Assembly: GCA_030653175.1 (NCBI GenBank)
Contig: JAURZV010000047.1
Location: 8,819-72,818 of the forward strand
From: Methylobacter sp.
GTDB taxonomy: Bacteria; Pseudomonadota; Gammaproteobacteria; Methylococcales; Methylomonadaceae
Direction: 5' to 3'
Length of the DNA stretch: 64,000 nucleotides
The translations under genes were made by a program, and so were the position numbers. The notes beneath the pieces were generated by a model. It saw only the letters and a program-made list of their open reading frames with translations, searched no databases and was not told the DNA's origin. Of the stretch, positions 57,205 through 64,000 are shown piece after piece. Within the stretch, counting starts at the first letter, position 1, and each line of letters starts with the position of its first letter.

Positions 57205-57897
57205 ATGCTCTCTCCTGAAAAAAATCCCTCGCACAGAATCCGTAGCTTTATCCGTCGGCAAGGACGAATTACCCAAGGCCAGCAATTGGCTTTGGACAAT
57301 CATTGGGACAGATATTGTCTCGATCCTGATGCCGACTATGATTTTAACCAGGTTTTCGGCCGTGCAGCACCATTGATTGTTGAAATAGGTTTCGGCACCG
57401 GCGACAGTCTGGCGAAGATGGCGGCAGCCAATCCCGAAAATGATTATATCGGCATTGAAGTGCATAAACCGGGTGTCGGGCATTTAATGCTGCTGCTGGA
57501 TCAACAAGGTCTGACCAACGTCAGAATCTATTGTCACGATGCCATTGATATTATCGAGCACAAGATTGCCGACAATAGTCTGGCCGGCGTGCATCTGTTC
57601 TTTCCCGACCCGTGGCCGAAAAATAAACATCATAAACGGCGTATCGTCCGCCCTGCCTTTGTTGAATTATTAGCCGGGAAATTAAAGCCTGGCGGTTACT
57701 TTCATGCGGCGACGGATTGGCAAAATTACGCGGAAAGCATGCTGCAAGTATTATCGGCGGGCGTTGGTATAAGCAATACCAGCCATACCGGCGACTATTG
57801 TGAACGCCCCGAATACCGCCCGTTAACAAGATTCGAGCAGCGCGGTATACGCTTGGGACACGGTGTGTGGGATTTGGTTTTTAGAAAGGGAAAATGA
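57205..57897 (+). CDS. trmB: tRNA (guanine-N7)-methyltransferase
   Basis: 230 aa with IRSFIRRQGR..EIGFGTG..IGIEVH..FFPDPWPKNKHHKRR motifs. Confidence 0.93.
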   Translation: MLSPEKNPSHRIRSFIRRQGRITQGQQLALDNHWDRYCLDPDADYDFNQVFGRAAPLIVEIGFGTGDSLAKMAAANPENDYIGIEVHKPGVGHLMLLLDQQGLTNVRIYCHDAIDIIEHKIADNSLAGVHLFFPDPWPKNKHHKRRIVRPAFVELLAGKLKPGGYFHAATDWQNYAESMLQVLSAGVGISNTSHTGDYCERPEYRPLTRFEQRGIRLGHGVWDLVFRKGK

Positions 57898-57909
57898 TCA
57901 GGATTCTTT

Positions 57910-57935
57910 GTAGGGGCGACTTTAGTCGCCCCTAC
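57910..57935. repeat. REP-like palindrome, GTAGGGGCG family
   Basis: GTAGGGGCGAC-TTTA-GTCGCCCCTAC lies between convergent trmB and the dynamin-like gene. Confidence 0.8.
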
Positions 57936-57941
57936 AGCCGA

Positions 57942-59864
57942 TTAGGCATCCAGCTGCATCGCGTTAATGATGATAGCCAATTCTCCGCGTTGCCGTTTTA
58001 ACGGTTCCAATTCCGCTTCAAGATTGGCAATGTTTTCAATAATGCTGTCTTTCGATTCGTTGATTTTTCTCAGCATTTGCAGACGGCCTTCAATCTGTTT
58101 TTTATGATCTTTAATTTGATGCATCAAAGGCGTTAAAACGCCGTTACTCCACGTTGTGGCATCGGCATGCGCCTGCCTAAGTATATTTCTGGCCTTGGCG
58201 ATCAGGGTGCTGTAAAGCTTGTTGATAACAATGCTTTGTTCCGACATCGTGGTTTTGGCGCTGGAGCGAAAGGCTTCACCTTCATCAAAAATCTGTTCCA
58301 GTTCAATCTGGTATTGTTTGATCGAAAACAGCTGCGGTTCGATTTCCTTAAAGCCGTATTCATCCTTAAATTTTTTGTGTATCGCCTTTACCAGACGCCG
58401 GGTTTCATTGGTAATATCGACAGAGTCCTGCAACAGATCACGCAATTCATCAAATAATTTACGGATATTTTGCTTCATGCCATAGGTTGTCAGGCTCTTT
58501 GCCATGTCATGTTTAGTGGTTTTGATGATGCCATCAATTTTTTCTTTTGCGAATGAATCAATCAGCATCTGGGCTTGAACGGCAAAAACCCGGCGACTGG
58601 CCTGAAAGTTTTCGACATTGGCCATGTAAAGATTTTGTCGATCCCGCGTCTCGGCCATCAATTTGCTAGTCATATCCTCGTTTTGAAAATCAATCTTTTT
58701 GAACTCATCAAGCTGTGCAACAGCATTTGCCAATGAAGCCGCTGTTAAGTTGGAAGACTCGTTAACCAGAAAACCAATATCACGAGTAATGGTTCCCAGT
58801 AGAATATTTTTGCGCTGTTTTAAAATATCATTGGCAAGGTAGTTTTCCAATGCGGCCAGACGGCTTTTCTCAAGCAAAGGTCCATCGTCTTTAACCTTGG
58901 CAAGCAGGGCTTGCTTGGCTGAAACGGGAAAAATGACGTTCTCGTTTACTTTTAAAGTAGTCGCCGAAGTTTTGATTTGTGAACGAATGGAATCCTCATA
59001 GCCGTTTTCATCGGCAAGATCATCCCACATCGCATCGATTTTATTCATCACTACGGCTAAACCCTGTTTACTGCCGCCACGATTATTACAAACATGATTG
59101 TGCCACATTTCCAGGTCGCTTTTGGTAACGCCGGTATCGGCAGCAAGCACAAAAATAATGGCTTGAGCGCTGGGCAACATGCTTAGGGTCAGCTCCGGCT
59201 CGGTTCCCAAAGCATTTAAGCCGGGCGTATCGAGTATCGATAAGCCTTCTTTTAATAACGGATGGGGAAAGCTGATCAAGGCATGGCGCCAGCAGGGGAT
59301 CTCAACTTTCTCCGGATTGATGATGCCCTGCTCTGCCGCTTCGCGTTCGTTCCACAAGCCCAACTTGTCGGCAATGTCCCGAGCAACCTGCTTGGTAGCG
59401 ATCAGTTCCTTAAACGCTTCCTGCATTTGCGTGGGCGAGTCACAGTTCAGGTCAATCTGGGTCCAACGATCCGGATTTTTTTTAAACTCAGCCAGTGAAA
59501 TATCTTCAAGACGGCTTTCGATATTGAGTAAACGGATATAATTGCCGCCTTTTTCATCGTGAAAAAGTTCGGTGGGCGACATGGTAGTGCGCCCCGGCGA
59601 AGATGGTAGCAGTCTGACGCCTGTTTCAGCAAAAAACAGGGCATTAATCAGTTCGGTTTTACCGCGGGAAAATTCAGCAACAAAAGCCAGCGTGATCTTG
59701 TCCGATTGCAGGCCATTAAGAATATTTAGAATGGTATCGGCACTGTGAGGATCATTCATACCATAGCGGCTACGCCATTGGTGATACATTTCTATAGCTT
59801 GAACCAGTTTTGCACGCCATACCGAATATTCGTGCATTTGTTGTTTAAATTCCATATTCCTCAT
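57942..59864 (-). CDS. Bacterial dynamin-like GTPase (solitary)
   Basis: G1 AEFSRGKT, G3 DTPG and G4 NKID, followed by a long helical stalk of about 350 aa. I see no TM paddle. The start is at the ATG at 59864, preceded by AAGG. Confidence 0.8.
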   Translation of the reverse strand: MRNMEFKQQMHEYSVWRAKLVQAIEMYHQWRSRYGMNDPHSADTILNILNGLQSDKITLAFVAEFSRGKTELINALFFAETGVRLLPSSPGRTTMSPTELFHDEKGGNYIRLLNIESRLEDISLAEFKKNPDRWTQIDLNCDSPTQMQEAFKELIATKQVARDIADKLGLWNEREAAEQGIINPEKVEIPCWRHALISFPHPLLKEGLSILDTPGLNALGTEPELTLSMLPSAQAIIFVLAADTGVTKSDLEMWHNHVCNNRGGSKQGLAVVMNKIDAMWDDLADENGYEDSIRSQIKTSATTLKVNENVIFPVSAKQALLAKVKDDGPLLEKSRLAALENYLANDILKQRKNILLGTITRDIGFLVNESSNLTAASLANAVAQLDEFKKIDFQNEDMTSKLMAETRDRQNLYMANVENFQASRRVFAVQAQMLIDSFAKEKIDGIIKTTKHDMAKSLTTYGMKQNIRKLFDELRDLLQDSVDITNETRRLVKAIHKKFKDEYGFKEIEPQLFSIKQYQIELEQIFDEGEAFRSSAKTTMSEQSIVINKLYSTLIAKARNILRQAHADATTWSNGVLTPLMHQIKDHKKQIEGRLQMLRKINESKDSIIENIANLEAELEPLKRQRGELAIIINAMQLDA

Positions 59865-59968
59865 GGTACGCCTTTTATTGCTAACATGATTTTTTAAGTT
59901 AGTCGAAATTATCGGTTTGTGCTCCTGCATCCATGCTCACGCTCCTTACCTACATCCGTGTAGACAAT

Positions 59969-59998
59969 GCAGATATTGCATGGGCAAATATCTGCCCA
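59969..59998. repeat. Overlapping hairpins GCAGATATT/AATATCTGC and TGGGCA/TGCCCA (GGTGGGCA-family remnant)
   Basis: Read directly at 59969-59977/59987-59995 and 59981-59986/59993-59998, between the pyrE 3' end and the dynamin-like gene 5' end. Confidence 0.5.
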
Positions 59999-60089
59999 CG
60001 CAATCGCCAGATGACGGTGTTTTTTGAGTAATTGTAGTCTATATATTAAGATCTGTTAGCTTAAGATAGTTTTATTTTTGACCAAGCTT

Positions 60090-60746
60090 TTAAATGCCGT
60101 AAAGACGCTGATAGGCTTTTATCTCATCGAGTAGAGATGCGGCGTGCAGTGCTTCCAAGGCAGTATCATCCATTAGATATTCGATAATATTTGCCAGAGT
60201 AATGATTGCAATCACCGGCATTGCAAATTGATCTTTAACTTCCTGAATGGCGGAAACGTCATTTTGGCCTTTTTCCTGCCTGTCCAGAGCAATTAATACG
60301 CCTGCCGGTGTTGCATGGGCATTTTTTATGATATCTACGGATTCCCTGACCGAAGTACCGGCAGTAATCACGTCATCAAGGATAAGCACCTTGCCCTGTA
60401 GCGGAGCACCCACCAGACTACCGCCCTCGCCATGATCTTTTACTTCTTTGCGGTTGAAGGCGAAAGGAATATCTTCACCGGTTAACCGGGCATAAGCAAT
60501 CGATGTAGCGCTGACCAGCGGGATACCTTTATAGGCAGGGCCGTAAAGGATATCCGGTTTAATATCGGATTGAATCAATGCCTGAGCGTAAAACTGCCCC
60601 AGTTTGCCCAGCTGGGCGCCGGTATTGAATAAACCTGTATTAAAGAAATAAGGACTGGTTCGACCCGATTTCAACTGGAATTCGCCGAATTTTAGTACGC
60701 CGCATTCCAGGGCATAGGAAATAAAGTCTTTTTGATAATCAAGCAT
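60090..60746 (-). CDS. pyrE: Orotate phosphoribosyltransferase
   Basis: 218 aa, [17 protein letters not shown].. with the PRPP loop [13 protein letters not shown]. Confidence 0.95.
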   Translation of the reverse strand: MLDYQKDFISYALECGVLKFGEFQLKSGRTSPYFFNTGLFNTGAQLGKLGQFYAQALIQSDIKPDILYGPAYKGIPLVSATSIAYARLTGEDIPFAFNRKEVKDHGEGGSLVGAPLQGKVLILDDVITAGTSVRESVDIIKNAHATPAGVLIALDRQEKGQNDVSAIQEVKDQFAMPVIAIITLANIIEYLMDDTALEALHAASLLDEIKAYQRLYGI

Positions 60747-60841
60747 GATAAATTATGGGTAGTGAATTTGCAGGGATTAAGGTAACTTCAATAGCGGATA
60801 AATCCGCAAAAAAAAAACAGGCTAAAAAACTTAAAAGATTA

Positions 60842-60896
60842 TCACCACGAAGACACGAAGGACACGAAAAAATAAAACTTCGTGTCTTCGTGGTGA
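60842..60896. repeat. CACGAAG-family palindromic element, copy D; likely hemW terminator
   Basis: TCACCACGAAGACACGAAG (60842-60860) is the perfect reverse complement of 60878-60896. A U-rich tract follows on the minus strand. Confidence 0.85.
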
Positions 60897-60982
60897 ATGA
60901 AAGACTTTTAATCGTCTGATTACTAATCGCGCTTAACCGATTTGATTTTGAATGCTGTCTATTGGTAATAAGAAGTCACGAA

Positions 60983-62116
60983 TTAAGAAATGAAGTTTTC
61001 TAAAATATTGTCCAGAAAGTTCCAGCCTTGTTCTGAGCAATAGTAGTGATTGTTTTGTCGGATAAGCAAGTTTTGTTTCACACAAGCGGATAAAGCGGGC
61101 TCCAGCGTAGCGGGTGCAAGACCTGTTGTTGCTTGATAGGCTTCCAGACTAAAGCCCTGCTTCAGGCGCAAATGATTCATGATAAACTCCAAAGGCAGCT
61201 CCGCTACAGCAATAACGTCGGCCCCGCCGTTTTGATGCGAGTTGCTTAAATATTGTTCCGGGCTTTTGGGCTTAAAGCTGCGAATAATGGATTGCGGTAG
61301 AGTTTGGGTGATTTTCCCGTGAGCGCCCGCGCCTATGCCCAAATAATCGCCAAACTGCCAATAATTTACATTATGTCGACATTGCAAGCCTTGTTTACTA
61401 TAGGCCGAGACCTCATATTGTTGATAGCCATGATCCGCCAATATTTGCTGACACTCTTTTTGCGTGCGGAAGATTGTTTCATCATCAGGCAGTTTGGGCG
61501 GAAACTTATGAAACCAGGTATTAGGTTCCAACGTTAGCTGGTAAAAGGAAATATGGGTAGGCTTGAGACTTATCGCCGTTTCTATGTCTATTTTACTGCT
61601 TTCAGGACTTGCACCCGGCAAGCCGAACATCAAATCCAGGTTAAAATTGTCAAAACCTGACTGGTGGGCAATCTCGGCGGCATGAATGGCCTCCTGCGCC
61701 GAATGAACGCGACCCAGCTTTTTTAATAAGGGGTCGTTAAAACTTTGTATGCCGATCGATAAGCGGTTGACACCCAGCGCCCTGAACTCAGCGAATTTAT
61801 GGCTTTCAAAAGTGCCTGGATTGGCTTCGAGGGTAATCTCCAACCCCTTTTCAAGCCTCAGCTGTTGCTCTATGCCGCGTAATAACCGGTTAATCGCTTC
61901 AGGCGAAAACAAACTGGGCGTGCCGCCGCCGATAAAAATGCTGCTTATCGGCCTGGTGATATTATAGCGCTGTATGTCGAGGGCTAAATCATCCAGCAAT
62001 GCAGCTATATAGGCCGATTCAGGTAGTTCGGATTTAACCGTGTGCGAATTAAAATCGCAATAAGGACATTTTTTAATACACCAGGGAATATGAATATAGA
62101 GACTAAGCGGCGGCAA
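60983..62116 (-). CDS. hemW: Radical SAM heme chaperone HemW (HemN-like, YggW)
   Basis: PLSLYIHIPWCIKKCPYCDF (the CxxxCxxC motif), 377 aa, with an apparent TTG start. Confidence 0.88.
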   Translation of the reverse strand: MPPLSLYIHIPWCIKKCPYCDFNSHTVKSELPESAYIAALLDDLALDIQRYNITRPISSIFIGGGTPSLFSPEAINRLLRGIEQQLRLEKGLEITLEANPGTFESHKFAEFRALGVNRLSIGIQSFNDPLLKKLGRVHSAQEAIHAAEIAHQSGFDNFNLDLMFGLPGASPESSKIDIETAISLKPTHISFYQLTLEPNTWFHKFPPKLPDDETIFRTQKECQQILADHGYQQYEVSAYSKQGLQCRHNVNYWQFGDYLGIGAGAHGKITQTLPQSIIRSFKPKSPEQYLSNSHQNGGADVIAVAELPLEFIMNHLRLKQGFSLEAYQATTGLAPATLEPALSACVKQNLLIRQNNHYYCSEQGWNFLDNILENFIS

Positions 62117-62287
62117 GAGATTTTTTTACTAAATAGTTTAAAATGGCTGTCAGTTTAACACGAGAACCTCTGACGAATAAGACACCTTGTCGACTTTAAA
62201 GCCTATATGAAGCTTAAGTAGAACTTAACTTTGCTTGATTACGCTTACACCTTTTGTTGATGACTAACTACTTTAAAGCGAGAGCAT

Positions 62288-62947
62288 ATGCGACTGTTAC
62301 TGGTTGAAGACGACGAAATACTGGGCGAAGGACTGGTCGAAGGTTTAAAAATGGAAGGTTATGCGGTTGACTGGCTAACCAACGGCAAGCTCGCCGACGA
62401 GGCCCTGAAAATCAATAGTTATGAGCTGATCGTACTGGATCTGAACTTGCCGGACATGGAAGGCCTGGACATTTTGAAAGCGTTAAGAGGACGTAAAGAT
62501 GAAACGCCGGTAATGGTCTTGACCGCCAAGGATACCGTTCCCGATCGCGTAATGGGCTTGGATAGCGGCGCCGATGATTTTGTGATTAAACCGTTTGAAC
62601 TGGATGAAGTTTGCGCCCGGTTAAGGGCATTGGCGAGAAGAAACGAGGGACGTAGCGTTCCCAATATTGAATATAAGGGTATTGTTTTGGACCCGGCCTC
62701 GCATCAGGTTACCTGGAATGATGAAAAGGTCGATCTGTCGCAAAAAGAATTTGAGATACTGAGTTTTTTAATGAGTAATATCGGCCGGGTTATTTCCCGC
62801 GCCCGACTTGAAGAAAGCATGTACTCATGGGATTCGGATGTAGAAAGCAATACCGTCGAGGTTCATATACACCATCTTAGAAAAAAACTTGAGCCGTCCA
62901 TTATCCGCACCGTCAGGGGTGTGGGTTATATTATCGATGAAGATTAA
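62288..62947 (+). CDS. OmpR-family response regulator (QseB/BasR-like)
   Basis: Receiver domain (MRLLLVEDD..LDLNLPDMEG..TAKD) plus a winged-helix domain (VEVHIHHLRKKL..TVRGVGY). Confidence 0.9.
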   Translation: MRLLLVEDDEILGEGLVEGLKMEGYAVDWLTNGKLADEALKINSYELIVLDLNLPDMEGLDILKALRGRKDETPVMVLTAKDTVPDRVMGLDSGADDFVIKPFELDEVCARLRALARRNEGRSVPNIEYKGIVLDPASHQVTWNDEKVDLSQKEFEILSFLMSNIGRVISRARLEESMYSWDSDVESNTVEVHIHHLRKKLEPSIIRTVRGVGYIIDED

Positions 62948-62973
62948 TAACTACTCAGCCATAAAATATAAAC

Positions 62974-63069
62974 ATGATGGAACGCAGATGACGCTGATTA
63001 TTTATGATGTATAAGATTTTTTTGAATTATCTGCGTTCATCATATTCATCCGCGTCATCCGCGTTCCAT
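62974..63069. repeat. Composite palindromic element inside the RR-HK intergenic spacer
   Basis: ATGGAACGCAGATGACGC (62977-62994) pairs with GCGTCATCCGCGTTCCAT (63052-63069) with 1 mismatch. ATGATGGAACGCAG (62974-62987) also pairs with CTGCGTTCATCAT (63031-63043). Confidence 0.7.
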
Positions 63070-63104
63070 TTTTCTAACTGCCAAGTAGTCACCACCGAGA
63101 ATCA

Positions 63105-64000
63105 ATGAATTATTCGCTACGCCAGCTGTTGTTGTTTAGCCTGCTTTCCGCATCCATGTTGATCTGGGGAGTGACGGCCTATATGAGTTACAAAGTCACC
63201 CGTGACGAGGTTGCCAGTCTGTTTGATGCCGAATTGGCGCAATCGGCAAAAGTGCTGCATGTGTTTGTGGAAAGCCTGGTGCGGGAAGGTTCGCTATCCA
63301 AGCATTGGGCGCAAACGCAGACTGATGAACGCTTACACCCCTATACGGGGCGTAAAAATAAAAGACAGAGCGCCTTTCAGCTCTGGGCTAAAGAGGACGA
63401 TTTGTTACTGCGTTCGGGCAATTCACCTGCGTCTACAATACACGGCTTAAGCAAAAAAAATATTGACGATCAGTTATGGGAAGTGTTTGACGGGCTTTTG
63501 GAAGCAAGCGCTTTAGGCCATAAATACGAAAGAAAAGTCGCTTTCCAGCTATGGTCCAAAAATGACGGCTTGCTGTTGCGCTCGGAAAGCGCGCCAACAT
63601 TTGCCTTTTCCTCCGCAGCTAACGGTTTCAGTGAAACCAATATCGATAAACATGTGTGGCATGTCTTCAGCATTTCCAGCTCAAATGGCGAATATGTTAT
63701 TCATGTCGGACAAAAGGAAGAGATCCGCGCCGAATTAACCGATGAAATATCAGCTCAACTGGTGATGCAATTTCTGGTTGGTTTACCGATTCTAGGCATC
63801 GTGATCTGGATTATTGTCGGGCATGCCTTAAAACCGCTTAATCGACTGGAAATAGCTTTATCCAGGCGGGAAGCCAGTTTTCTTAAACCGCTATCCAGTA
63901 AAAAGCTCCCCAAAGAAATCATTCCCGTGGTGAATGAGATCAACAACCTGTTTGCCCAGCTTGAACAGGCCTTTGAGCATGAGCGCCGGTTTACCGCCGA
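63105..64000 (+). CDS. Sensor histidine kinase (QseC/BasS-like), 5' partial, runs off the window; absent from the ORF track
   Basis: My translation from the ATG at 63105 gives MNYSLRQLLLFSLLSASMLIWGV (TM1), a periplasmic domain, LVMQFLVGLPILGIVIWIIVG (TM2), a HAMP-like segment and ..FEHERRFTAD (start of the H-box). The frame is open to position 64000. Confidence 0.85.
   Translation, partial: MNYSLRQLLLFSLLSASMLIWGVTAYMSYKVTRDEVASLFDAELAQSAKVLHVFVESLVREGSLSKHWAQTQTDERLHPYTGRKNKRQSAFQLWAKEDDLLLRSGNSPASTIHGLSKKNIDDQLWEVFDGLLEASALGHKYERKVAFQLWSKNDGLLLRSESAPTFAFSSAANGFSETNIDKHVWHVFSISSSNGEYVIHVGQKEEIRAELTDEISAQLVMQFLVGLPILGIVIWIIVGHALKPLNRLEIALSRREASFLKPLSSKKLPKEIIPVVNEINNLFAQLEQAFEHERRFTA

Overview
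This is a 64-kb chromosomal segment from a Gammaproteobacterium. The E. coli-like order envC-gpmI / yibN-like-secB-gpsA..trmL is retained. Gene content is compatible with a Methylococcales-type genome, but no lineage marker is present, so the taxon is a guess.

Most of the window is housekeeping: rpmE, ampG, nhaD, cysI-DUF934, S41 protease-envC-gpmI, arsR-rhodanese-secB-gpsA, trmL, glgP, a dctA-like symporter, cstA-yjiX, ilvIHC, moaC/moaDE, an orphan lpxD, regBA, msrA, hslO, a peroxiredoxin, kup, a second nhaD, aroG-thiSG, trmB, pyrE and hemW. A qseBC-like two-component pair has its kinase gene running off the right edge; that gene is not in the ORF track.

Accessory content:
- two vapBC toxin-antitoxin pairs
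- an AP2-like DNA-binding protein
- a solitary dynamin-like GTPase
- a 13-kb single-strand block (41.7-54.6 kb) with two tandem TonB-dependent receptors, a BNR-propeller lipoprotein with a His/Cys-rich linker, an ABC ATPase plus two DUF3526 permeases, DedA and TonB-ExbB-ExbD. I regard this block as the best candidate for an uncharacterised uptake or trafficking system.

The noncoding DNA is unusually structured:
- two TA-flanked MITE-like elements, one of which splits a lipoprotein gene; in-silico excision restores a single ORF
- a CCACGAAGACACGAAG palindromic family, including a 450-bp nested foldback
- two further REP-like families
- a 65-bp perfect palindrome

thiS and thiG are fused in frame. 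I found no rRNA, tRNA, CRISPR array, transposase or integrase.
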